A stretch of 63,746 bases of DNA, filler included, from Craspedostauros australis (lineage: Eukaryota), in the NCBI GenBank assembly GCA_030167865.1. It is 12 parts of 12 records of this genome, joined end to end, with 100 filler letters (N's around TTAATTAATTAA, not from the genome) between each part and the next. Parts side by side here need not be neighbours in the genome. Positions count along the whole stretch, not along the records: positions 1,667 to 14,740 come from JALAGF010003020.1; positions 14,841 to 20,355 come from JALAGF010003021.1; positions 20,456 to 23,832 come from JALAGF010003022.1; 9 more parts are not named here. One strand, written 5' to 3'. Below are positions 11,920 through 23,932 of the stretch, in pieces. How positions within the stretch are numbered: the stretch's first letter is position 1; each line of letters begins with the position of its first letter. Made by a program: the position numbers and the translations under genes. The notes under the pieces were generated by a model. That model was given only the letters and a program-made list of their open reading frames with translations. It was not told the origin of the DNA and made no database searches.

Positions 11920-12822
11920 TCATCCTGATTTGAAGGCGGCAGTGATCTCGGAGTAGAGAACAAGGACGAGGGCGGCTCCGACGGTACGGAGGGCGTTGGC
12001 TCCGGCTCCCTTGAAGAGGGCTCCAGTTCCTTCCTCGCGGACGATCTTCTGGAAGCAGTCAATGGTGCCCTTGTAGAGCCACTCTTCCTGTGGCTTCTCG
12101 GACTGCATTTGCAGACGACGACGGACGGTGTCGAATGGGTAGGAGAAGTATCCTGCGGAGATGGCGGCGGTCTGGGCGCAGAAGAACTTGGAGCCGGCAC
12201 GGAGAAGACCATTCTCGTCCTTTTGGTATGGGTTGAATCCGGAGAGGGTGTCGAAGAGACCGAAGTAGGCTCCACGGTATGGGATGATTCCCATGACGGA
12301 GACACCGACACCGTTGTAAAGTCCGGAGATTCCAGAGCTCTGGACGGTCTTCTTGATGCAATCAGCGAGGCCGCTGAACTGTTGCTTTCCGGATCCGACG
12401 TCGGAGGCGAGACGGGTACGGGCGTAGTCCAGTGGGTAGACGATGAGGAGCGATCCGGCTCCGGCGGCACCTCCAGAGGCGACGTTGATCAGGAAGAATT
12501 TTCCGAACTCTTTGTTCTTGTCAGCCTTTGGGAACATGGCCTTGATGGAATCCTTGAAGGCGAAGTTGAAGGCCTGGGTTGGGAAGTAACGGAGGATGTT
12601 GGTGAAGTTTCCACGCCAGAAGGCGCCGATACCCTGCTCCTTGGCGACGCGGGTGAAGCAGTCGACAATTCCGGTGTATCGTGGGATCTCACCGCTGATG
12701 ATCTTTGGGTTGGCATCCTGGGTCTGGATGAGGAGCTTGACACGCTCGATTGGGGCGGTGGTGGTCTTGGCGACGGCACCAGAGACGCCTCCGGCAAGGA
12801 AATTGATCATAAAGTCAGACAT
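11920..12822 (-). CDS. AAC: Mitochondrial ADP/ATP carrier
   Basis: AGGVSGAVAKT..APIERVKLLIQ, RGN..N..RYFPTQAFNFAFKD, YPLDYARTRLASDVG, YPFDTVRRRLQM; three carrier repeats and strong codon bias. Confidence 0.98.
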   Translation of the reverse strand: MSDFMINFLAGGVSGAVAKTTTAPIERVKLLIQTQDANPKIISGEIPRYTGIVDCFTRVAKEQGIGAFWRGNFTNILRYFPTQAFNFAFKDSIKAMFPKADKNKEFGKFFLINVASGGAAGAGSLLIVYPLDYARTRLASDVGSGKQQFSGLADCIKKTVQSSGISGLYNGVGVSVMGIIPYRGAYFGLFDTLSGFNPYQKDENGLLRAGSKFFCAQTAAISAGYFSYPFDTVRRRLQMQSEKPQEEWLYKGTIDCFQKIVREEGTGALFKGAGANALRTVGAALVLVLYSEITAAFKSG

Positions 12823-14840
12823 GGTGATGGATTTTCTTGCTGTCGATTTTGTGAGGGTGGGAATGTTGCGTGAAGGTGATTGGTCGGTGGCGGGGGTGAG
12901 ATGGGTGAGAGAAAGTCCCGGTAAAGCTGTGGTATTTGGCGCAACCAGGGGAGTGTGATGCGACGGTTGTGGAATGTGGGTTGGTGGAGGTTCATGTACT
13001 TGTCGGTCTCATCTGACCGCCAGGATACTGGCAAAGCTTTTCTGCCTTGCGACCATCATCATTGGGTGTAGAATCCTACGTCAGTACCATCTTCGTCACG
13101 GTCATTTCTGAGTTTTTACGGTGATGCTGGCGATGCACACGGCTGGATGAAGGGTCTCAATGCTGCGGACTTGCCGTGACATTCCTGTTGCCTGAGTGCT
13201 TCACCATGGTCGTCTGTTCATCACAAGGCATGTCCCGATCCAGCCACACCATTCCCAATCCACATAGGCCGCCACATTCAATTGATCGGCCGCTCAAGTG
13301 GAGAAACGCCGCCGCATTTCCATCCGACAAATACGCTCGACTGACAGCGTTCGGTTGCATATGATCATTGGCCAGATTGCGACCGACGGCAGGTTTCCAT
13401 TCATCAGGCCATGGACCGGAACATGGTCATCCCTCTGTTCTGCCGCCAGCAATGCACATGCGTTCCCATGCAACCCAGCAATTCGGATGCTGCGCACGTC
13501 ATTCATCTTGCCGCTGGCTGCGGTCATTACCGATGGCAAGGCTGCCGCAGAACAGAGGGTGATGAAAGCGACAGATCCGATGGAAGGTGATGATTGATGA
13601 TGTCATTGCATCACGTATCGATCGCTCCTTGGCCGAACGGGGCTCCATCGTTGCCGTTGCCGTTGCCGTTGCTTACCTTCGTGTGAGGAGTGGGGCTCGT
13701 ACCAAAGATTTTTGTGTGTGGGCGGAGGGTCTTTCCAAAATCAGAATTGGCTGCGCGGACTGTTGCTGCACGCAACTCGCAGCACAACGCAACGCTGCAG
13801 CATGGCACGTGAGTGTTCGTACTTGCACGTACACTACACACGAAGAAGACAGCGCAAAGGATTGCATTGCTCTCTGTCGTCGTCATCGCTGCAGGTTTGT
13901 CGCGACGCGCGTCTTTGCCTCAGCGTCCTACGTCAGATTGGGAACACGGGCGAGAACGTGCGGAAAATCGCATTGGTGTTCGTGGCCATTCGTCCGTTTC
14001 GGTTTTTGTTTGCAGCATTTTGGTTGGTCCACGAACCCTTTCGCCCAAGGATCCTTCTGGCCATGCGACACAACAACGCACACGGCGCGCAAGGCGAAAA
14101 TGCTGCGACACGAAACAGTCGCAGAACGCAAAATGACCAACGAGAAAACGTGAAAAACCTCCAGATTCGTGGCTGGGAAGTGACCGTTGTGATGGGCGGA
14201 CTTAACGGCACGGCAAAACGCGAATCTGAATTGGAATCTGGAATCTGGATTCCTCATTGAGGATGGACGACAAGTTGATCGTGTTATAACACGATCAGTG
14301 AGTCGACCTGCACTTTGTCATGGGACTCAATAACATTTGTCTCCGATATCCAAACAAAGCACATATTCGTAATCCTCGTAATCTCCATATAAATAATTAA
14401 CCNNNNGATTTTTAAGTTAGATCCTATTTTAAGTTTTATGGACCCGTCAATGTGAGCATTTTTAGACTGCTTTAGGGACTCAGCCTTTTTCCTCCGACTA
14501 CATCGATCCAATTTAACCTTTTGCTGTTCTTTGTTTCAGCAACTTTGTTCCGATTTTGAATTGTTTAGTCTCTTTTTCAGGTGTTCGGATGAGACCATCC
14601 AACAGTCCATCCACGATAGCACTAGTTGTAGAATGTTGGGGGAAGCGGTGAATCCACGTTTACGTTACTTACACCATGTGCTTGTCCAATCCGTCATCGA
14701 CGTCACGAAATTGGATACTTCGTCACGAAACACCAATGATNNNNNNNNNNNNNNNNNNNNNNNNNNNNNNNNNNNNNNNNNNNNTTAATTAATTAANNNN
14801 NNNNNNNNNNNNNNNNNNNNNNNNNNNNNNNNNNNNNNNN

Positions 14841-15260
14841 GCAGTGTTCCGCACAGATGCTGCCAAGCCCAGGAATGCACCACCAGGTGTCTTTCACTAC
14901 AAGAACGTTGGTTGGTACAGCAAGGAATGGCATACTGCCACATGGTTGGAGCAACACGGAAAAAAGGTGATGCCCATCCAACGAGCAAGGGTGGAACGAA
15001 GACAATTGGTGGCAGAGAATGTGGTGCCCATGGTGATTTCTGCGAAGTCTGGTTGGAAGCGGAAAACTACCAACAACGACAATCCATCAACTGCCAGAGG
15101 AGTGCGACTGTGCCCAGGATGCGGCGAGCTCGGCCACTTCCTTCACAGTTGCCCAAAACCAATTCCATCTACCCTTGAGAAGAGCAAAAAGAAACAAGTT
15201 GACAAGATTCTTCCCCATGTGATGAACCAACTGGGAGGCAGCGTGCAGGATGAAGAATAG
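14841..15260 (+). mobile_element. 3' end of an ORF with a CCHC zinc knuckle; probable Mutator-like transposase C-terminus (partial)
   Basis: CPGCGELGHFLHSC (C-x2-C-x4-H-x4-C) after a basic patch, at a contig start and next to repeat arrays. The family assignment is inference; the DDE core is not visible. Confidence 0.45.
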
Positions 15261-15499
15261 ACTAACCCATCATAGCACAATGGTATAGTTTGCCATTACA
15301 TTCCCTGTAGATAACAATCTGTAATGCAATGCTGATGTAAAGTAGTCTGTTGCATCATCAAGGCTCCAGAAGTGTCTCATGCTGTCCACAGTGTGCCATG
15401 AATTGGCAAGGTATGCATTAGAAGGCCCAAGATGATGGCATTTGAACACTTGGAGCGCATCAAGGGCGTTTGACTGGGTACACTCCCAGCTTACCAGGA

Positions 15500-16525
15500 C
15501 CAGGATCCTTCTGGAAGGTATTCAAATCTGGGTTTGTAGATATCGAGTGCTGTGGGTGACAGTACTGTGAGCTACGCATCGAACTGTACAGTAGATTTTC
15601 AAAATGTGCATAGAAAATGTCAATCACAATCAAATCCAACCTGGCGGGCACGTACAACACACCCCAAAGTACCTGGTCACGAAGTATGAGATCTCCAATC
15701 CATCTGGAAGGCATCCATATCTGAGAATCTAGATTTTGAGTGGTTCTGTGGGTGGCAGTACGATGACCTACGCACAATTCTGTACAGTAGATTGTCAAAA
15801 TGTGCCTATAAATGTCAACCTCAGTGAAATCCAACCTGGCGGGCACGTACAACACACCCCAAAGTACCTGGTCACGAAGTATGAGGTCTCCAATCCATCT
15901 GGAAGGCATCCATATCTGAGAATCTAGATTTCGAGTGGTGCTGTGGGTGGTAGTACTGTGAGCTACGCACGATACTGTGCAGTAGATTGCCCATATGTGC
16001 CTGTAAATGTCAATCTCAATGAAATCCAACCCGGCGGGCACGTACAACACACCCCAAAGTGTCTGGTCACGAAGTATGAGGTCTCCAATCCATCTGGAAG
16101 GTAGTCAAATCTGAGAATCTAAATTTCGAGTGGTGTTGTGGGTGGTTGTGCGATGGCCTACGCACCATAGTGTACAGTAGATTGCCCATATGTGCCTATA
16201 AATGTCAACCACAATCAAATCCAACCCCGCGGGCACGTACAACACACCCCAAAGTACCTGGTCACGAAGTATGAGGTCCTAGATCCATCTGGAAGGCATC
16301 CATATCTGAGAATCTAGATTTCGAGTGGTGCTGTGGGTGGTAGTACTGTGAGCTACGCACCATAGTGTACAGTAGATTGCCCATAGGTGCCTGTAAATGT
16401 CAATCTCAATGAAATCCAACCCGGCGGGCACGTACAACACACCCCAAAGTGTCTGGTCACGAAGTATGAGGTCCCAGATCCATCTGGAAGGCATCCATAT
16501 CTGAGAATCTAGATTTCGAGCGGTG
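15500..16525 (-). repeat. 195-bp tandem array, reverse orientation, ~5 units
   Basis: Anchor GAAGTATGAG at 15681, 15876, 16071, 16266 and 16461 (period 195). Confidence 0.97.
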
Positions 16526-16586
16526 CCTTGTGAGGCCGCAGAGTGACCTTGGCATCAGGCTAGACTACGCCTTCCACACCGATACA

Positions 16587-18342
16587 TTCCTGACCGATTG
16601 GAGACCTCATACTTCGTGACCAGGTACTTTGGGGTGTGTTGTACGTGCCCGCTGGGTTGGATTTCATTGAGGTTGACATTTATATGCACATATGGGCAAT
16701 CTACTGCACAGTATCGTGCGTAGCTCACAGTACGACCACCCACAACACCACTCGAAATCTAGATTCTCAGATGTGGATGCCTTCCAGATGGATTGGAGAC
16801 CTCATACTTCGTGACCAGGTACTTTGGGGTGTGTTGTAAGTTCCCGCCAGGTTGGATTTCATTGAGGTTGACATTTATAGGCACATATGGGCAATCTACT
16901 GCACAGTATCGTGCGTAGCTCACAGTACTACCACCCACAACACCACTCGAAATCTAGATTCTCAGATATGGATGCCTTCCAGATGGATCTAGGACCTCAT
17001 ACTTCGTGACCAGGTACTTTGGGGTGTGTTGTACGTGCCCGCGGGGTTGGATTTGATTGTGGTTGACATTTATAGGCACATATGGGCAATCTACTGTACA
17101 GAATTGTGCGTAGGTCATCGTACTGCCACCCACAGAACCACTCGAAATCTAGATTCTCAGATATGGATGCCTTCCAGATGGATCTAGGACCTCATACTTC
17201 GTGACCAGGTACTTTGGGGTGTGTTGTACGTGCCCGCCAGGTTGGATTTCATTGAGGTTGACATTTATAGGCACATTTTGACAATCTACTGCACAGAATG
17301 GTGCGTAGCTCGTAGTACTACCACCCACAACACCACTCGAAATTTAGATTCTCAGATTTGACTACCTTCCAGATGGATTGGAGACCTCATACTTCGTGAC
17401 CAGGTACTTTGGGGTGTGTTGTACGTGTCCGCTGGGTCGGATTTGATTGTGGTTGACATTTACAGGCACATATGGGCAATCTACTGCACAGTATCGTGCG
17501 TAGCTCACAGTACTACCACCCACAACACCACTCGAAATCTAGATTCCCAGATATGGATGCCTTCCAGATGGATCTAGGACCTCATACTTCGTGACCAGGT
17601 ACTTTGGGGTGTGTTGTACGTGCCCGCGGGGTTGGATTTGATTGTGGTTGACATTTATAGGCACATATGGGCAATCTACTGCACAGAATTGTGCGTAGGT
17701 CATCGTACTGCCACCCACAGAACCACTCGAAATCTAGATTCTCAGATATGGATGCCTTCCAGATGGATCTAGGACCTCATATTTCGTGACCAGGTACTTT
17801 GGGGTGTGTTGTACGTGTCCGCTGGGTCGGATTTGATTGTGGTTGACATTTATAGGCACATTTTGACAATCTACTGCACAGAATGGTGCGTAGCTCGTAG
17901 TACTACCACCCACAACACCACGCGAAATTTAGATTCTCAGATGTGGATGCCTTCCAGATGGATTGGAGACCTCATGCTTCGTGACCAGGTACTTTGGAGT
18001 GTGTTGTACGTGCCCGCCGGGTTGGATTTCACTGAGATTGACATTTTCTATGCACATATGTCCGAGTTTCTGTACGCCGCGTACCGTATCTCACAGTGGT
18101 GCCACTCACAGCAGCACACAATATCCCTATCCAGATTTGACTACCTTCCAGACGGATTGGAGACCTCAAACTTCGTGGCTGTATCCTTTGGAGTGTGTTG
18201 TGAGTGGGCGCCGGGTTGGATTCGATTGCGATTGACATTTTCTATGCACATATGTCCGAGATACGGTACAGTTTGATGTGTACGGCTCAGTACCACGAGA
18301 TTCATAGATTTGGGTACCAGCGCTCCTTCCAGAAGGATCCAG
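16587..18342 (+). repeat. 195-bp tandem array, forward orientation, ~9 units (inverted relative to 15500-16525)
   Basis: Anchor (GA/AG)GACCTCA at 16601, 16796, 16991, 17186, 17381, 17576, 17771, 17966 and ~18160; the last units are diverged. Confidence 0.97.
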
Positions 18343-20455
18343 ATCATCTCAGGCCACCCCCATGCACATTGAAGCGCCATCGTTATGTTGACATTGGTAG
18401 AATTGCATTTGTTGGATCTTTCATATGCAGGTTTGGTTACACTCCTCCACACCGCACAGTCACCATCCAGGATCACATGATTTGATCTCGTATATTCTGC
18501 AACACCTTCTAGATGGATCCATTCACTTGCAAGCTGGTATTACACCTATTGGAATGCTCTCGATGCGCTGCTCCTGTTTGAATATATAGTTTATCCTTTC
18601 GTATGATGCATTTGGTCAGCACAGGATCCGCGACGCAAAGAATTGGAGCAAACGGATAGATGACGCGCATATCTATGACTAACGTAGGCATTAATTCTCT
18701 TCATTGGATGTCATATATCCGGATGGACTGTTTCCCTGCATTCTATTAAGAGTATTACGGACATGTATGATGTGGTTTGTACTTTTTCGCGTGTGGTGTT
18801 GGCGTTCTACATTTATCTACTAGGAGGTTGCGGTATTGTTGGAAATCGCACCGCAGACTTCGGTGCGCACAAAAATCCGACGTATGCACGACAGACGACC
18901 AAAGTCTACCCAAAGTCTACCCAATGTTAGACTTCTGAAAACGCAGTCCTGAGTTTGATTGGCACAATAGTGTACATCGTACTTAGGCACACACTTGGTT
19001 GCACTGTTCCAAGTTAAGATCATACTTCCATCGCATGTTCCTCCACCATAAAATAACCTGAACTGCTTATTGTGAGTATACTTGATGGCAAAGAGCATCA
19101 ATGGCCTCCTTCTCGTTGCTACATTCACACTTCTTCCAACAATTGACATCGTTGAATGGAANNNNNNNNNNNNNNNNNNNNNNNNNATGCCTGCTTTAAG
19201 GTTGGCTATTCGTCGGAAACAAGTAATCGAGACACCTATGCGATTCATGATATTGATAGCGTTGAAGATGTTTACAATCAGAGTTCTATCTTCGAATGCT
19301 GGACATGTAAGGCACCACCCGGATCGGTCAACATTGATCATGGTATTGAATCTACTATATATGGAACAACTTGTGCTGCATTTGCTCTCTGACATTTGAC
19401 AAGTGAGCCATTTCGGATGTTTGTCACGGATATTCTCTGCACGTTTTCTCTTTGTTGCCGCGCGGACGAGATACCAGACTCTCCATACTACATACAATGG
19501 AGAGAGATGCCATGACAGAAATGCAATATCCTTGCTGCATGCACCCAGTGATGCATTGTATTCAAAATCACAAGATACACGAAGCACAGCTGGTTCCTCT
19601 CTATCCCGATACCCCTTTTGTCACGTATAATAGCTGGCTGTGGTCGCAACAGTTCGCGGAAGTCACCGATTCATTGGCGCAATACATGTTCGTGGATTCC
19701 CTGTGGCTTCGACATTGCCGATGTTAGATTGCATGACAACATGACTACATGACCACATGAGAAAGGGCGTCTGAACAGGTCTTGTTGCTAACACACACCA
19801 CATCACACGTAACACACAACGCAAGCGCACCACATTGTAGTGCTGTCAAAGCAGAAATGTCACATGTTTTGTTCCTTGCTCATGGTCATTGTGTGTGGGC
19901 ATTGATGATAGCGGAGATACGCGCAATGGAAATAATTGTTGTCACAAGCGCCTGTTGTGACCATGATAAATGTCTCGTAGTCGTACATCTGCGAACAAAA
20001 TTCCAACTTCGTACGTCAATGTACAGAAAGACGGTCATTCTTTGCCAACAGAAGTTCGCACAGCGACCACCACTTCTGTCCGTTACCATCGAACCAGTGT
20101 CAAGTTCACGCACGCGTTGTTGGATACTGGCTGTCTGCTGCTTCGTGTTTCTTGGATGTGTGTGATGTTGGTGTACCGCGCCTTTCCAACACACTGCGTG
20201 GGGAAGACGATGTCGTTGCAACATCCGACCAAAGTCGTACCTCCGTCGGATCATGTCATCTCAACAACCAGCCTACGTCATCTGATGTCCGATCAATGTT
20301 TGACCAATGTAAGACCAATGTTACCGTAAAGTATGACATTGCGGCGGCAGGTTTTNNNNNNNNNNNNNNNNNNNNNNNNNNNNNNNNNNNNNNNNNNNNT
20401 TAATTAATTAANNNNNNNNNNNNNNNNNNNNNNNNNNNNNNNNNNNNNNNNNNNN

Positions 20456-20872
20456 ACCGAATCCCAGCGAGTGCTCCCTGTTGCTGCATTGACCTCCGCT
20501 CGTCTCGCCAACCGCGACTTCATCTTGGTTGATGAGCCTGCCAACCGCAAGGTCAAGATCCCGAAAGGTGCCACCGTCTTCCTTCCACAGATCACGGCCC
20601 ACAGAGACGAGATGGTGTTCGAAGATGCTACTCAATTCAAACCTGGTCGATGGGAGAATCCGACAAAGGAAATGGTGCAGAGTGTTATTCCATTCGCTGT
20701 GGGCAATCGCAAGTGCCCTGGCCAATCGTTGGCGATTGCTGANCTCNACTCGGTCTTGCCCAGCGTCTTGTCGAAGTACGAGTTCGAATTGGTGGCGGAA
20801 GGCAAGTTGGATTACTTCATGACGATGAAATACACCAATGCCAAGCTTCGTGTGAAGAGGGTGAAGGTTTGA
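20456..20872 (+). CDS. Cytochrome P450, C-terminal fragment (5' lost in gap)
   Basis: ExxR (ESQR), IPKG, HRD..VF...FKPGRW (PERF-like) and the heme motif FAVGNRKCPG. Confidence 0.93.
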   Translation, partial: TESQRVLPVAALTSARLANRDFILVDEPANRKVKIPKGATVFLPQITAHRDEMVFEDATQFKPGRWENPTKEMVQSVIPFAVGNRKCPGQSLAIAXLXSVLPSVLSKYEFELVAEGKLDYFMTMKYTNAKLRVKRVKV

Positions 20873-23747
20873 GCATCCACATTGACAGTGGAAGTCTACA
20901 TGCTGGGGCCTTTGACGTTTGCGTCCGAGCAAAGCCAGAATTCCCAAACAGAGCAATTGGCAACATTGAGGATACGCCAACAGCACTTCGGATTTAAATT
21001 GTATTATAGGAAAGACCATGAATTGGAGATGGTAAATGAAATACTCTAACTCAAGTGGGTACTATGAACTGAGGCCCTCCCGTGCGACCATGCCAGAGTG
21101 TGCAATTTGAACGCAGAGCAGCGCAAGTAAACACTGGTCTGGTATCTGAGAAGCATGTACGAGTATCTACGCGTACATATCTATTATTCCATACACACCT
21201 CGAATCAGATTGCAGCAACACAAGCTTGAGCAAGATCGGAGGCTCCACTCAGACCGCGAATTAGTCATTGAGTGGAATGTTTGACTCGATCGACTACCTC
21301 AGTCGCCCACGAATCAGGCGCGGTATCGGACAAGACCAATTTTTGTTTGCTCTCGCGTGTGCCCGCCAACTTCGCCTGTGCATGATTTGTGAATGTTGGT
21401 CGTGGCGCGGAGATCTTGTGGAATTGATGAGCGGCATTGGAGGGGAATCGGAGAGCAGTGTAGCTCGTGGTGTAGAAGGGCAGGGCGAAGCCGGACAGGA
21501 ACGTGGAGGAGTTCGGTGTTTGTGATCCGTGCAACCGCGGGAAGGACACGTCCAAGGCATCTCTGACATCGAGTCCGGCACGAAGCCATGCGAGAGGTCA
21601 GGTGATGTCAAGTTACGTGAGATGGAAAGCGTGTTCCTCTTCTTGCGGAGTCATGCTGGTGTTGTTGTATCATGTGGCGGAGGCAATGATGACTCTTGGC
21701 TGCGGTTGGAAGGGCGGTGCCGATGATGGGTATACACGTGGCAATGAGGAAGGGAAAGCAACCAGCGCCGTATGTACGAATAGGCATGTTGTGATTCCTT
21801 GTGTCCTCAGCTCAGGCGATTGTCGTATCGGCGAGGAGCCGCAACCATGGATCCAACCAATCGCTCCACCCTCGATCTCCGAATCTTTCCCTCTTGGCGA
21901 GCTGCCTTCGGCGAACAGCCTGGGGCTTTGTCTTGTATCCATGTGATATGTTGCAAGAGTGCTTTCATCCTCGATACACACACTACTGTGCGTTTCGTTC
22001 TGCTTGGACCCCACATTCATCCCAGGTTTTTCCTCTTTTGTCAACAAGGTATTCTGTTGCGAGTAGTCGTGTGTATGGCAAACCTCGAGGGTGATCGCCA
22101 CGAGACAGGATGTCATCGCCTGAACGCGTCCAACATGATTCCCAGGAAGCATCGACGGGCGTCCTTTTCCTTTTCCCCGCGACGAGCATTCCGCATCATG
22201 GCGTCGCGTTGTATCATTCTCGCAGGTTCGAATTGGCTTGGCGGCGGTGGCGAGAAGGAGTTGCGGAATGGAATGCCGTCATGGTTGGCATCGCTACTGC
22301 TGCTGCCGCTGCTGTTGGTGGGGCGAAGACGTGAACAGAGCACAGGATCAACACAGCGAACTTCTTGCGCACGTGCCAATGCCATACGTACTTGTACGTG
22401 CACTACCTGAGCTCGCTTCGCGCTATTTCCCGCTGGTATAAGTATCGATTTGGAGAGGGAGAGGGAGAGATTCAAGTCCTGCTCAGACGAAGACTCCACC
22501 ATACTACTACGAAAGCTCTCCCGATTCGTAACATTCCGGATGGAACGCAACGGAACCGCCGTCTTCCACTCGAGACGGCAAAGATCGAATCCTGATAGTC
22601 ATCCGAATGCCCCGTGGAGGTGGACACAACGACCAATGTGGAACACTCGCAAACATCACCCCGCGTAACGTCTGTTCCTTCCGAACGAGTCGGCACCGAC
22701 AGAATGGCTCACAACGATCGATCTTCACAACTTCTCACAGAGCACCATGGTCGCGCCATAACTGCTTTGGCACGATCGCCCCATGTGCGCCAATCTCTTC
22801 GGCGAGGTTTGTGTTGTTGCGGTGATGCACGTGCTGTTTGTGATTGTTTCGTGTTTCGAAAATGTGAGAGGACGAACAGAACGGCGTGTTGCCGCTTTGG
22901 CTTTTCTGGAATGAATACCGACCGGTTCTCATATTGTTAAGTGTGCTTCGTGTATTGCGTCACAGAATGTCCACTCCGACAAAACAAACGGAACTCTCAT
23001 GAGACCGAAAAGACCAACACAGACTCGATTCGGATGAACGAAGATCCAAACACGATCCACTCAGCAAGTCCACACGGAAGTTGCCGTGTCCGTGAGATTG
23101 CGATCCGGCCACTTGCGATCAACAACACGCAACGATCGCAGATGATACGACCGAGTATAGCATGGTGCAGGTACAGGAGGAGTAAGAAAGAGTGGGTTGT
23201 GCCAACTTTGCCTCATCGAGCGTTGCAGCAACAACAACAACATTGGTCTTGGGAAAGGGAAAGGAGAAATACCCGAGAATGCCTTGGGAATGCAGAGCAT
23301 CTCGGATTCCTCAGATGCCTTGCCTCCATCACCAGTGTGGATTCAACATCACCGAGAGTACCTCCGAGTCAAATCCTCTCGAGCACTGTGGTATCACGCA
23401 CTCGTACTATCCCGACCAAGATCAGATGCACGATCAAATGGTGTGGTTGGATACCTATCGATCGATCAATCGATCTCGCGCGATGTTGGCCCGCGATGTT
23501 GGCTCACGATGCATGATGCAGCCACTCAAGCATCTGTCATATTGATTTCAAGAAGGTATGGTGCAAGCAGCAAGGCAATCAATGGCAGTGGCTGATCAAC
23601 TTCGAAGACAATCCTCATCCTCTCATAAAAACGAAAAGCATCCAAAGCAATAGCATCTCATCAACACAAACACACAAACAAACCGACTTCACAAACAACA
23701 CACACAACAAACAACCTATCCCACCCATCTCTCATTCATCACGAGCA

Positions 23748-23832
23748 ATGTTCCGTCTTTCCAAAACCTTCTTCACCGTCTTCGTGGCGACTGCCGCATT
23801 GTCAGCATCCCCAGCTTTGGGACACAAGCGTG
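23748..23832 (+). CDS. 5' end of a secreted protein, truncated by gap
   Basis: MFRLSKTFFTVFVATAALSASPALGHKR is signal-peptide-like and is preceded by a CA-rich leader like other genes in the window. Confidence 0.5.
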
Positions 23833-23932
23833 NNNNNNNNNNNNNNNNNNNNNNNNNNNNNNNNNNNNNNNNNNNNTTAATTAATTAANNNNNNNNNNNN
23901 NNNNNNNNNNNNNNNNNNNNNNNNNNNNNNNN

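Noticed and set aside
12107..12124. RRRLQM instead of canonical RRRMMM in the ADP/ATP carrier
   Set aside because: The arginine triplet and all other motifs are intact; treated as an ordinary lineage variant.
15460..18276. ORFs made of 65-codon repeats (LYVPAGLDF...RWIGDLILRDQVLWGV)
   Set aside because: The common GATCTAGGAC variant puts TAG in this frame in many units, so the open frames are by-products of a period divisible by 3.
16587..18342. Possible CRISPR-like array
   Set aside because: Whole units repeat with no unique spacers, and there are no cas-like ORFs.
21265..23595. Many short overlapping ORFs (also 7000-9900, 13100-14260, 26300-27300, 58400-59400)
   Set aside because: No recognisable motifs or convincing exon chain, so no gene call is supported.
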